DNA of 64,000 nucleotides from contig OZ316897.1 of assembly GCA_973895155.1 (NCBI GenBank), positions 16,660,058-16,724,057 on the forward strand, given 5' to 3'. The notes beneath the pieces were generated by a model. That model was not told where the DNA came from. It worked only from the letters and a program-made list of their open reading frames with translations, and made no database searches. Origin of the DNA: Marsupella aquatica (taxonomy: Eukaryota > Plantae > Marchantiophyta). Position numbers and translations under genes: made by a program. Of this stretch, positions 1-12,099 are shown one piece after another (within the stretch, counting starts at the first letter, position 1; every line of letters begins with the position of its first letter).

Positions 1-2786
1 AACTCGACCTCCTTCTGCTCAAGGGCTCCGCGGATTTTCTCGAGCTCCCCTTTCAACGCCCATTCCTTTCTTTGGGTCTCCGCCATGGCCCGGCTGTTGG
101 CTGTTATGTGGGCCTCCTCTGTATTCTTCAGCTCTTGCTTCCACTTTTCCCTTTCTTTGATCGTGTCGGCCAACTCTTCCTGCGTCTGAGTCAGTTTATC
201 CTTGATATTCTGATTATCAGCCTGCGCGGCGTCCAACTGCCCCTGCATGATGTTCAGCTCATGTCGTTTAATCCGCAGTTCATCTTGGGCTTTCTTGGCC
301 GCCCTTAGATCTTCAATCTCGGCTCCCATCCTCCTAAGCCGCCGAATGACCTCGTCCTTCTTGCTTCTCTCTAAAGCCACCGCTTCTTCTAATTGGTGCT
401 TCTCCAACTGCTCCCTATGGAAAAAGGGTCCTACCTCCAACTCCTCTCCAAAGATGCTGAGCGCAAGTTCCCCACACATCTCACCATACTCCATGGCTCT
501 ATTCTTAGCGTAGGTGGAGTAAGTAGAAGTGATCGGCATCGCCCATCGTGGCCTCTGCTCCCAAGCCATCCTGCGGATCTCTTCAATCGTGGCTAGAGGT
601 TTGCTTCCTTTTTCGGCTAGCCGCCTGATGTCCTCCGGCCAATCTCCTCCTGGTAAATCCTTTTCCTTAGCCAGGGCGGCCTCTTCCTCCTGCTTGATTC
701 GCTCCTGAAATTCCTGCACCGTCTGTTTTATGCCGTCGAAGCTCGGGGGAGCAACATCTGGTGGGGGAGACTCAGGGCTACTCTGCTGGTTGGGGTCCCC
801 TCGCACTACCCTTGGAAGTGTGGGGACAAACCGGCCACAGGTCCTTACTCCTGGAACGTGATGGTCCGACCCATAGCCGGAATTATCATGGCTGCAGTCC
901 TCCACTGCCTCCTCTACCTCTTGGATTTCCGGCTTCTCCCTCTCCTCTTCCTCGGTAGGAGCTTCAGGCAATTCTGCCTCAGATTCGGAGCTTGAGGTTC
1001 CCACGTACATTCGAACACCTGGCTTGGATTCTGGCCTGATTCTCTCCTTGTCTCCAGCAAAGGGGTTTTCTCTTGTGAGCCGGTGTAGGCCTACCTCTGT
1101 AGTAGTGTCCTGCATTGTTGCCGTTGCCGTTGTTGTTGCCGATGCTGATTTCTTTTCTTTCTCCAGTAGTTTCAGCAGACTCTGCATGCCTGGTTGCTGC
1201 ATCGGCAAGTCTTCCTTCCTGGGCCTAAACACCTGCTCGATCGTAGGACTAACAGGTGGTTGAGGCTTCTCAGCCAACGGCCTCGGCGTTGGAGCTTCCT
1301 CGGGTGCCCTTACCTGCAGGGGAAGTACCGGGGCAAAAGTCTGACCTCTGGCATACCGGCACAATAGCGGCATGTGATAGCCAAGCCGCGACACGCTCCC
1401 CATGCCGATTACCTGCTGCTCCTCCTTTAAGATCTTCTTCAATTGGTTGAGGAGGTACCCGTTGTAGTCCCGGCTTGGGTCTGGCCTTTCTGCCAGATAG
1501 ACCTGTGCCTTGCCGATCTCTGCCCTCGGCAAGTTACAATGCATGGTCACCCGCAAGAAGTCGATCATCTCTCCTATGTGCGGGTTGGTGCAGGTGTTCC
1601 GGAAGAAGCCATTCTTTGTTGATGGCCCGGGGAACGACCGGAACTCCTTGTCAGGCAAGGTCTTCCTGGTATCAACTTTGGTCTTATTGCCCATCGGCAA
1701 GCCAAACACTTCGGCAATCACCTTGGGAGTAAGATAGAAATCCTTCCCATATATCCTCGTGCAATTGGTCTCGGGTTCCCATGACCCCACGAATTCTAAT
1801 AGGTCTGACTCCGGTACCTCCGGCTTCAGCCATGGTAATCTTACAAAGGCCTCTAAGCCGGATCCGGCCATGAAGCCTTGGTACTTCTTGGTCTGCATGG
1901 CCGTAAAGCATGCATCCTCCTCCCGTGCAAAATGTAGTTGCACCTCCACCGGTAGGGTTGCCGCCCAGCCCTTCCAGGTGTCATCCCTGGTTGGAATGGC
2001 CTTGATGGGATCGACCTCCTCCTCTTCGGCTTCTCCCTGCCTCCTGCTCTGCTGCTCGGCTGGCTTCTTTGGTGCCGCCGACCTCATTCTTTTTGCCGGG
2101 GTGGCTTCATCGTTGACGGCTCCCTTCCTCTTCATCTCTGCTGCCGTGGAGGTTTCTCCTAGCACCGTTGCCTGGGTCCACCTTTCCGTGCTACCCTTTA
2201 ATTCCCAGTGTATGTCGTTGCAGTTCTTGATGGCCTCTCGGATGCCGACGACGCTGTCTTTGCAAAACAGAAGATCGTCGAGTTGATTGGAAGTAGGCGT
2301 CCACAGGAACTCGTCCTTGATGAGTTCGCCTCCTAAGAAAGCTGTCTTCTGCAGCTCCCACAATCGAGCGAGCTCCTGCCGTCCTCGAGCTGCCCTTTCT
2401 GACTCCTCGTCCTCGTAAGTCTTGATGTACTCAGTTGCCCGTTCGAACAGGCATCCCCAGAAATGTGCCGCTTGATTGACGTTGCTCATACCCTCCTTAG
2501 GTTGATCGTCGGTATCTACTCTCTCCCCGAGTGCTTGCCTAAGCAGCTGACAGTAGTTGGCCTCCCGTAGTCGTCTGCCTAGTTCGTGCTCGCAAATGAG
2601 CCACCATCTCCTGCAAGCGCTCCTTACCCCCCTCCTCTGCCGGTCCTTCTTCCCGTTGATCCTTCCTAGCCGCCGACGCTTAACGCGCCCTAACCCTAAT
2701 CGGGTTTTCACCCTCAGCCTTACCTCCGGCCTCTGCCCGGGTTCCATGGTTGCCCCTAATTGTTTATATTTTCCTTGTTTTGTCAC
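1..2786 (-). CDS. LTR-encoded large accessory ORF, 3' LTR copy (open to the window edge)
   Basis: Same frame as 9058..11664; carries CAG at 180-182 where the 5' LTR has TAG at 9058-9060. Confidence 0.75.
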   Translation of the reverse strand, partial: MTKQGKYKQLGATMEPGQRPEVRLRVKTRLGLGRVKRRRLGRINGKKDRQRRGVRSACRRWWLICEHELGRRLREANYCQLLRQALGERVDTDDQPKEGMSNVNQAAHFWGCLFERATEYIKTYEDEESERAARGRQELARLWELQKTAFLGGELIKDEFLWTPTSNQLDDLLFCKDSVVGIREAIKNCNDIHWELKGSTERWTQATVLGETSTAAEMKRKGAVNDEATPAKRMRSAAPKKPAEQQSRRQGEAEEEEVDPIKAIPTRDDTWKGWAATLPVEVQLHFAREEDACFTAMQTKKYQGFMAGSGLEAFVRLPWLKPEVPESDLLEFVGSWEPETNCTRIYGKDFYLTPKVIAEVFGLPMGNKTKVDTRKTLPDKEFRSFPGPSTKNGFFRNTCTNPHIGEMIDFLRVTMHCNLPRAEIGKAQVYLAERPDPSRDYNGYLLNQLKKILKEEQQVIGMGSVSRLGYHMPLLCRYARGQTFAPVLPLQVRAPEEAPTPRPLAEKPQPPVSPTIEQVFRPRKEDLPMQQPGMQSLLKLLEKEKKSASATTTATATMQDTTTEVGLHRLTRENPFAGDKERIRPESKPGVRMYVGTSSSESEAELPEAPTEEEEREKPEIQEVEEAVEDCSHDNSGYGSDHHVPGVRTCGRFVPTLPRVVRGDPNQQSSPESPPPDVAPPSFDGIKQTVQEFQERIKQEEEAALAKEKDLPGGDWPEDIRRLAEKGSKPLATIEEIRRMAWEQRPRWAMPITSTYSTYAKNRAMEYGEMCGELALSIFGEELEVGPFFHREQLEKHQLEEAVALERSKKDEVIRRLRRMGAEIEDLRAAKKAQDELRIKRHELNIMQGQLDAAQADNQNIKDKLTQTQEELADTIKEREKWKQELKNTEEAHITANSRAMAETQRKEWALKGELEKIRGALEQKEVE

Positions 2787-2862
2787 TATACTAAGGTGTT
2801 CCTAGGGTGCCTTCCTGCTTTACCCACTTAACCGGCCGAGTGATTCCTGTCTAGGCATCACA
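1..2862 (-). repeat. 3' LTR (partial)
   Basis: Near-identical to 8879..11740; starts with TG at 2862 immediately after the PPT. Confidence 0.95.
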
Positions 2863-5800
2863 TAGCTCCCCACTTAATTGTGAAGCATCCTCGCGAACAA
2901 CTTCATCTTCGTCCATATAGTATTTCTTGAGGCGGTCATAATGGATGCGAACTGGATATACCTCTCCCGTAATGTTGGCCAATTGCACGGAGCCATTGGG
3001 GAACATCATGGTTACTCTAAAGGGTCCTAACCAGCGAGTGTAAAGCTTTCCTGGAAACCTACTATACCTACTGTCATAAAGTAGCACAAGATCACCGGTA
3101 TGAATACTAACTACTTTTAACCTTTTATCATACTGCTGCTTCATGATATTCTGTCTATATTCTACTCTCTCGGCTGAAATCATTCTCGCTTCCTCTAAAG
3201 CTTCTAACCTATATTCTCGCTCCTTTAGGCTCTCCTCCGCTGAGGCTCTTTCCTCAATTGTAACTTGAAATGTCGGTATCTCAAGTTGCATGGGTACCAG
3301 GGCTTCTTGTCCAAAGGTTAAGAAGAAGGGTGTATGACCGGTAGTGGATTTATAGGCCAGATTGTAAGCAAAAACAGCAGCAAACAATTTATCATCCCAA
3401 TCGAGTTTGTTCTGAGCTACTGTCTTGTTCAATATCTTTCCTATGATTCCGTTTGCTCATTCTGTCAACCCGTTTGCCTTTGGATGGTAGGGAGTAGTAG
3501 GCCTATGTTTAACTAAATACTGCTCATTTAAACGACTAATTATATCATTCAAAAAATGGGTTCCTCTATCACTAACTAATTCTAGGGGTGCTCCATACCT
3601 GGTGAAGATCTGCTCATACATGAATCTAGCCGTAGTAATTGCATCATCCTTCGTTGTTGGTCTGGCCTCTACCCATTTAGTTGCATAATCCGTAGCCAGG
3701 ATTATGTACTTGTTCCGTCGAGGGTGGGTCAGTGGTTTCAGAGGTCCAATGTAATCAATACCCCACTTCTCGAATGGTGCCAGAGGTAGAATAGGGTGCA
3801 GTGGATGCCTGGTGGACGCCCTTGGTCCTCCCGCTCGTTGACAAGGATCGCATTGTTTGATAAACTGATAGACATCTTTGTGCAAGGTGGGCCACCAGTA
3901 ACCGGCATTTAATATCTTCTTAGACATGGTTACTGGGGCAAAATGTCCTCCGGCCTCCTCTCCATGCATGGCCCGTAGGACTCGTTTTACCTCTCTCTTC
4001 TCCAAACACCTTTGAATCGTGCCGTTGATTCCATGCTTGTGCAGTATGCCTTTAATGCACTGATACTGTCTGACCTTCCGCACAAAGACTGCGGCTTGCT
4101 CTCGGCTTAATCCTGGCTGTAATCTGGAAGTGCTGAGAAATTGTAAAATCTCAGGGTACCATGTACCAGCTATTTCCACAACGAATAGCTCCTCGTCGGG
4201 GAATCGATCATCGATGCAATCCGTGGCAGGTGTACCTGTGATCCTTGAAAAGAAGTCGGTATTGGCATGTAACTTTCCTGGCTTGATCCTCAGCTCATAG
4301 TCAAACTCCTGTAATAGCAAAATCCATCTTGCTACTCTGCCTGTAAGGTCCGGCTTATTGACTAGGTACTTCAAACTTTCATGATCAGTATGAAAGATTA
4401 CCTTGTACCCTAGTAAATAATGCCTAAACTTTTTACAAGAATAAATGACTCCTAATGCTTCTCTTTCCGTGGTAGAGTAGTTCCGTTTGGCATCGGCAAG
4501 CTGACGGCTTGCGAAGTATATGGGATGGTCCCTTCCTTTCTCATCCAACTGACTTAGTACTGAGCCAATACAGAAGCCCGAGACATCTACAAAAACATGA
4601 AAATCTTTGTTCCAGTCCGGTGCTATCATGACTGGGGCCTCTACTAACATCTGCTTCAATTCTACCACCGCTGTGACTCGTTCGGGTGTGGGTTCGAAGT
4701 CTGCTCCTGCCTTGAGCATATTGGTTAATGGTAAAGCTAGCTTGGCAAAATCCTTGATGAACCGGCGATAGTAACCAATGCATCCCAAGAAGGATCTTAC
4801 ATCCTTTATGTTCTTAGGTTGCATGATATCTAGCCATACTGCTAGCTTACCTTTGTCAATCTCAATGCCCTTCCTTGATACCTTGTGACCTAGTAGCACC
4901 CCCTCGGTTACTGCAAAAAAACATTTATCTGGGTGTAACTTGAGACCCACCTCCCTACATCTCATGAAGGTTTTCCTGAGGTATTTAGCATGTTTCGATG
5001 CCTTCCCGAATACTGCAAAGTCATCAATGAAGATTTCCATGAACTTTCTCAAGTAATCATGAAAAATGTTCACCATTAATCGTTGGAACATAGCTGGTGC
5101 GTTGCAGAGTCCAAACGGCATACGATTGAAGACATAGATCCCCCATTCCGTGATGAAGGCCGTCTTGATTTGGTCTTCCTGCCGAATCCTGATTTGGTTA
5201 TAACCAGAGTATCCATCCATGAATGAATATAGTTCATGACTGGCTACCATGTCTAGTACCATATCAGTAAACGGTAAAGGAAAATGGTCTTTTAATGTTG
5301 CTTCATTCAGCTTCCTGTAATCCTGACAAACCCGGATCTTGGGTTTACCATCGGGTCCAGCTTTCTTGGGAACTATCACAATTGGAGACACCCAGTCTGA
5401 ATGCAGGACTGGAGTGATGAATCCAGCTTCCACTAGTTTGTCGATTTCTGTTTTGACCAGCAGGGAATACTTCGGGTTCATCCTTCGAATTGGTTGTCGA
5501 AATGATTTGGCTCCTAACATGAGATCAATTCGATGTTCCCCTAGTGTTGGATCTACGCCCTTTAGATCTTGGTGACTCCATGCAAACACATCCTGAAATT
5601 CAATCAATAAGTCACTGATCTCTTTCTCGAGCTCAGGTGCTAGGTTTCTCCCTAAGTTCAGTTCTCTTCCCTCTCCTAAGTCGAGCTTCCGATATTGCCG
5701 TGCTTGGATCATATTAATCTGCTTCTTCAAATTCGGGTCCAGTTCGGCTTCCAGTCTCTCTAATCTCATACCTCCATAAACTGGGATCTCGGCTGGACTA

Positions 5801-6117
5801 GCCGAGTCGGTCCCTTCCTTGGTGTCCATAGATTGTCCCCTTACCGGTCTATTCGGTTTTGAATTAGTGGTCGGCTCCCCTTCCTGCCTTGGCTCTGGAT
5901 CGTGTCTGTCCATCTCATCCACCTCTTGCTCCTGCGAGTTAGGCCGCTGTGCTCTCTCGGCTTCTAATAGGGCCTCAATTTGTTCTGCCCTCGTAATCGG
6001 CTTGTATGCCGATCCCTTGGTATTTAATTCCTTGCCGATGATCGATGGCGTTGTGGACCCCGTCGGCTCTGCCACAACGCCTGCAGAAAATCCACTGTCC
6101 CTGCTACTGCTCCCCAC
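2851..6117 (-). pseudogene. pol: pol (reverse transcriptase, RNase H, integrase) with one in-frame stop; no protease recognisable
   Basis: RT: WVSPIVIVPKK, CQDYRKLN, MDGYSGYNQI, MPFGLCNAP, FIDD. RH: FVDVSG, NYSTTEREALG, HTDH. IN: H-H-C-C finger, WGIDYIGP, VSDRGTHF, GPF motif. TGA at 3457-3459 (NGLTE*ANG) is in frame with 2851..3432. Confidence 0.95.
2866..2875 (-). promoter_or_regulatory. Polypurine tract
   Basis: Minus-strand AAGTGGGGAG, 3 nt before the TG of the 3' LTR. Confidence 0.75.
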
Positions 6118-6327
6118 TTAGCCGTTTCATCCAATTGGTCTACATCCTTAACTTCCTCCGGAATTGCAGCTAAAAAGGTGGATTCTATTGTAAAGCAGTC
6201 CTCGACCTCTTCGTCTTCTTCTTCCAAGTCACCTTCCATTGGTTCTTGCCATAATCCGCTGGGGGGTACCTCTGGTCCAAAGACACCTTCTTCGGTTAGG
6301 TTAGTGAAGCATTCTAACCAACGTACT

Positions 6328-7023
6328 TCATCGGCTGACTCCAGTCTCCGGGTTCTCCTTCCTAATTGCAAAACTCATCTTCTGTGGCAAAGCATTCACC
6401 AACCATTGAAGTTGCATACCTTCAGATGCATTGGTCTTTGTACGTCTTACCAGTTTCTGAAAGCGTTGCAAGAACTTCCTGAAGGATTTGTTTTCCTTGA
6501 ACCGAAGTTGTCCCAACTTCAGCACTGCTAGTTCTGAAGTTCCAATGGGTCGAAACTCCTTAACAAAGAGTGTTTTGAAGATATCCCAGATGGCTTGATC
6601 TTCCACATCTAATGCTCTGTACCAAGGCCTAGCCTCACCCTTGAACAGGCCGGGAAGAATCTGCATCTTGATGGCCGATTCTCCATTTGCTGCAGCGGTT
6701 CCCTCGAAATCATCCAACCATTCGTCCGGATCCTCATCTCCTCTCCCATGAAATGCCTTGTAATGTATGCGCGACCGCTGGCTCAATCTGGTCCCTGGCC
6801 TCTCGTCTGGCCGTGCCTCTGGTTCCCCCATGTCGGTTGGAGACTCACTTCTCCTTACCGACTCTTCTTCTGGTATGTCTTCTTCGACGCCACTTCCAGT
6901 TTCGGAGCTACCAGCTCTTTCTGCCCCTCTCAGTCGCTGTGTATCATGCCACCCGGCGAGCTGCTGCAGTCGAGCTCTCTCCCGTTGAATCACTCTTTCT
7001 TCCCTCGGCGTAAGGTCAGTCAT
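6328..7023 (-). pseudogene. gag: gag, C-terminally truncated
   Basis: FHGRGDEDPDEWLDDFE...FKGEARPWY...WDIFKTLFVKEF is a retrotransposon capsid pattern directly after the PBS; only 231 aa, with no nucleocapsid or protease following. Confidence 0.8.
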
Positions 7024-7070
7024 TACCTACGCTTCCGTTCTAACTTCATATCTCACGGCTTAAGAAATGC

Positions 7071-7088
7071 CCCCTCCATCTAGCGCCA
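7071..7088 (-). promoter_or_regulatory. Primer binding site, complementary to the 3' end of plant tRNA-Asn
   Basis: Minus-strand TGGCGCTAGATGGAGGGG, 4 nt after the LTR end CA (7093); 17/18 match to the complement of the recalled plant tRNA-Asn 3' end CCCCTCCTTCTAGCGCCA. Confidence 0.8.
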
Positions 7089-7092
7089 AAAA

Positions 7093-10000
7093 TGTGGTGC
7101 GTCCCATGGCTCCCTAAACCCAAGAAACCCCCCAGCTCAAGCCGATTCCCGCAGGTTTCGTGCTTGGCGAGGCCGTTTCCGCGGCTTAGCGGCATGGGAC
7201 GCTGCTAACCTTCTACTACTACTATTAACATTTTACACACATATACTGGACAGATCCTTCATCGGGTCATGAGATACGTAGCCGGCCTAATATAGGCCTT
7301 CCCCTGTCTTCCCCTGTCTTCCCCTCCGTCTTGTTAGGTATGTTTGGATTCCGCCGCCGGAATGATCCCCAATAGGCTTGGTTAAGCCGCTAAGACCTCT
7401 CTCAGCTCGACACATCCAACTCTCACTCCCCTGCTTACTTTCCTTCCTTCTGTTGATGTGGGCACTCTTCACACAAGTTAATGCGACACACAAATAGCAA
7501 AATGACTCATTCTGACTGAGTCATACCATGCACTTGCCATACAAACAGTACATCTCATACACAAGTTCTGCGAACTAAGCCATGAGGCCAACTCTATTCA
7601 GCTCTTAGGCATGAGGAAACATGAATATACACAAGGGTCACTGTATGACTAACCGAGAGCTTCTCGTACTACTTGATCCCAGCCCGGCTGGTGCAAACTA
7701 AAAACTTGCTAAAGAAGAGGCCCTGAGCTCCCCGCTGCCCAGGTACTTATCCTGGTAGTGGATCCGCCATTCTTTGCATCGTAAGCCTAATCTACCTAAC
7801 AGTAATCTACTTGCCCGAATCTACCTATGTACAGCAAGGCAGGAGCACAAGTGTTGCTCCTACCAGTGGGACCGCAATCCCACTAAGCTAAGTGTCAGGG
7901 CCGCTCCTGGTTCTGATCCTAATCCTAAACGTGGAGATCCGCGCCCGCCCTGCCCACTCACGCCTCCTCCCTCCACGTCCGCCCTCCCTAAAAGGAACGG
8001 CGCCCTTGCACCATCACGACACCGGTGGTGGATCCTCAATGGACGCCCCCAACACTTCCTCCTCAGCCACTGCCGTTGGCCCGCCTACTGACAGATTACC
8101 TGCCCTTGACCGAGTCAACTCTCCATCGGCCTGACTGGGTCCACCTTCGGCTTCAGCCTTGACAACTCCCACGGCTTCGGCTTCAGCCACCCCCACGGCT
8201 TCGGCTTCAGCCAACCCCACGGCTTCGGCCTCCCCTTCCCCTAGGGTAGTTGGATCCTTAGCCGTGACCCTGTCTGGGGTCGGTGCTGGGTCTACCTCCT
8301 TGATCACCACGGCCTGTGAAGTCGTATTACTCCTTGACCCTGAAGGTTTCCGCTTCTTCTTCGTTGGTGGCTCGGCAGCTGGTCCCTTCCCCTTCCCACT
8401 TACCTCCGGCACTGGTGCAGGTGGCGCGGCTTGTCCTTCGGCAATTACCACCCCTGGTAACTGGTTTGTCCCAACAGGAGATGGACCTGCTGCAGCTAAG
8501 CATTTAAATACTGCGGCTTGTTTCTTCAGCCGCTCTGTTTGGTTGTCGGCCCGCCGCTGTAGGTTCTCCATCTTCCTCGTGATTTCCTCCAACTCCTCTT
8601 GGGTTTCATCCAGGTCCTTACGTGCCCCCTCCAGCTCGTTTTTGGCCTCCTCCTGCTCCCTGTGGGCTTCCTCCAATTCCTTCTTCAAGGTAGCCTTCTC
8701 CTCCTGGGTTGCTCTTAGCTCCTTGTCGAGCTCTGCAATGATGACAGACTCCATCTGGTTCATCTTGGCGTAAGTCTGTTCGAGCATCTCGTCCTTCTCC
8801 CTTAGGTCGGCCTTGAAGCTGGCCGTCAGGGACGCAAGCTCCTGCTGCAGCGCCATAATCCCTTGATAGGATTTCCCTAACTCGACCTCCTTCTGCTCAA
8901 GGGCTCCGCGGATTTTCTCGAGCTCCCCTTTCAACGCCCATTCCTTTCTTTGGGTCTCCGCCATGGCCCGGCTGTTGGCTGTTATGTGGGCCTCCTCTGT
9001 ATTCTTCAGCTCTTGCTTCCACTTTTCCCTTTCTTTGATCGTGTCGGCCAACTCTTCCTACGTCTGAGTCAGTTTATCCTTGATATTCTGATTATCAGCC
9101 TGCGCGGCGTCCAACTGCCCCTGCATGATGTTCAGCTCATGTCGTTTAATCCGCAGTTCATCTTGGGCTTTCTTGGCCGCCCTTAGATCTTCAATCTCGG
9201 CTCCCATCCTCCTAAGCCGCCGAATGACCTCGTCCTTCTTGCTTCTCTCTAAAGCCACCGCTTCTTCTAATTGGTGCTTCTCCAACTGCTCCCTATGGAA
9301 AAAGGGTCCTACCTCCAACTCCTCTCCAAAGATGCCGAGCGCAAGTTCCCCACACATCTCACCATACTCCATGGCTCTATTCTTAGCGTAGGTGGAGTAA
9401 GTAGAAGTGATCGGCATCGCCCATCGTGGCCTCTGCTCCCAAGCCGTCCTGCGGATCTCTTCAATCGTGGCTAGAGGTTTTCTTCCTTTTTCGGCTAGCC
9501 GCCTGATGTCCTCCGGCCAATCTCCTCCTGGTAAATCCTTTTCCTTAGCCAGGGCGGCCTCTTCCTCCTGCTTGATTCGCTCCTGAAATTCCTGCACCGT
9601 TTGTTTTATGCCGTCGAAGCTCGGGGGAGCAACATCTGGTGGGGGAGACTCAGGGCTACTCTGCTGGTTGGGGTCCCCTCGCACTACCCTTGGAAGTGTG
9701 GGGACAAACCGGCCACAGGTCCTTACTCCTGGAACGTGATGGTCCGACCCATAGCCGGAATTATCATGGCTGCAGTCCTCCACTGCCTCCTCTACCTCTT
9801 GGATTTCCGGCTTCTCCCTCTCCTCTTCCTCGGTAGGAGCTTCAGGCAATTCTGCCTCAGATTCGGAGCTTGAGGTTCCCACGTACATTCGAACACCTGG
9901 CTTGGATTCTGGCCTGATTCTCTCCTTGTCTCCAGCAAAGGGGTTTTCTCTTGTGAGCCGGTGTAGGCCTACCTCTGTAGTAGTGTCCTGCATTGTTGCC

Positions 10001-11740
10001 GTTGCCGTTGTTGTTGCCGATGCCGATTTCTTTTCTTTCTCCAGTAGTTTCAGCAGACTCTGCATGCCTGGTTGCTGCATCGGCAAGTCTTCCTTCCTGG
10101 GCCTAAACACCTGCTCGATCGTAGGACTAACAGGTGGTTGAGGCTTCTCAGCCAACGGCCTCGGCGTTGGAGCTTCCTCGGGTGCCCTTACCTGCAGGGG
10201 AAGTACCGGGGCAAAAGTCTGACCTCTGGCATACCGGCACAACAGCGGCATGTGATAGCCAAGCCGCGACACGCTCCCCATGCCGATTACCTGCTGCTCC
10301 TCCTTTAAGATCTTCTTCAATTGGTTGAGGAGGTACCCGTTGTAGTCCCGGCTTGGGTCTGGCCTTTCTGCCAGATAGACCTGTGCCTTGCCAATCTCTG
10401 CCCTCGGCAAGTTACAATGCATGGTCACCCGCAAGAAGTCGATCATCTCTCCTATGTGCGGGTTGGTGCAGGTGTTCCGGAAGAAGCCATTCTTCGTTGA
10501 TGGCCCGGGGAACGACCGGAACTCCTTGTCAGGCAAGGTCTTCCTGGTATCAACTTTGGTCTTATTGCCCATCGGCAAGCCAAACACTTCGGCAATCACC
10601 TTGGGAGTAAGATAGAAATCCTTCCCATATATCCTCGTGCAATTGGTCTCGGGTTCCCATGACCCCACGAATTCTAATAGGTCTGACTCCGGTACCTCCG
10701 GCTTCAGCCATGCTAATCTTACAAAGGCCTCCAAGCCGGATCCGGCCATGAAGCCTTGGTACTTCTTGGTCTGCATGGCCGTAAAGCATGCATCCTCCTC
10801 CCGTGCAAAATGTAGTTGCACCTCCACCGGTAGGGTTGCCGCCCAGCCCTTCCAGGTGTCATCCCTGGTTGGAATGGCCTTGATGGGATCGACCTCCTCC
10901 TCTTCGGCTTCTCCCTGCCTCCTGCTCTGCTGCTCGGCTGGCTTCTTTGGTGCCGCCGACCTCATTCTTTTTGCCGGGGTGGCTTCATCGTTGACGGCTC
11001 CCTTCCTCTTCATCTCTGCTGCCGTGGAGGTTTCTCCTAGCACCGTTGCCTGGGTCCACCTTTCCGTGCTACCCTTTAATTCCCAGTGTATGTCGTTGCA
11101 GTTCTTGATGGCCTCTCGGATGCCGACGACGCTGTCTTTGCAAAACAGAAGATCGTCGAGTTGATTGGAAGTAGGCGTCCACAGGAACTCGTCCTTGATG
11201 AGTTCGCCTCCTAAGAAAGCCGTCTTCTGCAGCTCCCACAATCGAGCGAGCTCCTGCCGTTCTCGAGCTGCCCTTTCTGACTCCTCGTCCTCGTAAGTCT
11301 TGATGTACTCAGTTGCCCGTTCGAACAGGCATCCCCAGAAATGTGCCACTTGATTGACGTTGCTCATACCCTCCTTAGGTTGATCGTCGGTATCTACTCT
11401 CTCCCCGAGTGCTTGCCTAAGCAGCTGACAGTAGTTGGCCTCCCGTAGTCGTCTGCCTAGTTCGTGCTCGCAAATGAGCCACCATCTCCTGCAAGCGCTC
11501 CTTACCCCCCTCCTCTGCCGGTCCTTCTTCCCGTTGATCCTTCCTAGCCGCCGACGCTTAACGCGCCCTAACCCTAATCTGGTTTTCACCCTCAGCCTTA
11601 CCTCCGGCCTCTGCCCGGGTTCCATGGTTGCCCCTAATTGTTTATATTTTCCTTGTTTTGTCACTATACTAAGGTGTTCCTAGGGTGCCTTCCTGCTTTA
11701 CCCACTTAACCGGCCGAGTGATTCCTGTCTAGGCATCACA
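7093..11740 (-). repeat. 5' LTR, 4648 bp
   Basis: TG at 11740 and CA at 7093 next to the PBS; both ends confirmed by the solo LTR at 34396/38435; TATA-like CTATATTAG (minus) near 7290. Confidence 0.95.
8014..11664 (-). pseudogene. LTR (U3)-encoded ~1216-aa accessory protein: plant-retroelement accessory domain plus long coiled coil, one premature TAG
   Basis: ORFs 9058..11664 and 8014..9051 are in one frame. LLEFVGSW...RIYGKDFYLTPKVIAEVFGLP resembles Athila env-like/Transposase_32-type domains. Heptad-rich C-terminal half; AEAEAVGV repeats. Confidence 0.75.
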
Positions 11741-12099
11741 CTTCCCTATGGGGGCGTCCCGACCTTGTTATTAACTTATTTAGTTGGTATTATCTATGGG
11801 CCTTATGGGGGGGTTTTGTTACATTGTTATTAACTAGTCTCAAAAAATAACCCTAATTAATGACCCACAATATCCACCATCCCCATCCAACAAAATACCT
11901 TACCTTTACGGGGTTTAGGGGTCCAGCAATTAGGTTTATCCCGCTCAAGTGGTCTTGCGTACCAACAGGAGCCCTTTTTCCTCAACAAACATCGAGAGGG
12001 CAACGCGATATGTGCTTATGTCTTGGCATGCCTTTGTGTGCACATTGCAAGGGCTTAGGGCTGCGCAGCTTTGTGCTCCATTCCACCACCAAGCGCAGG

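Larger units (their letters stand above)
1..11740 (-). mobile_element. Ty3/Gypsy non-chromovirus (Athila-like) LTR retrotransposon, defective; 3' LTR runs off the window start
   Basis: 1..2862 repeats 8879..11740 at offset 8878 with roughly 15 substitutions by eye. Minus-strand LTR is TGTGATGCC...CACCACA, with PBS, gag, RT-RH-IN in Gypsy order and PPT. No chromodomain or extra archaeal RNase H seen. Confidence 0.95.

Noticed and set aside
6085-6117. RDSGFSAG as the protease active site
   Set aside because: Lacks the preceding hydrophobic strand and downstream ILG motif; lies in low-complexity sequence
72-11683. Many plus-strand ORFs in the Gypsy element
   Set aside because: Antisense shadows of the long minus-strand frames
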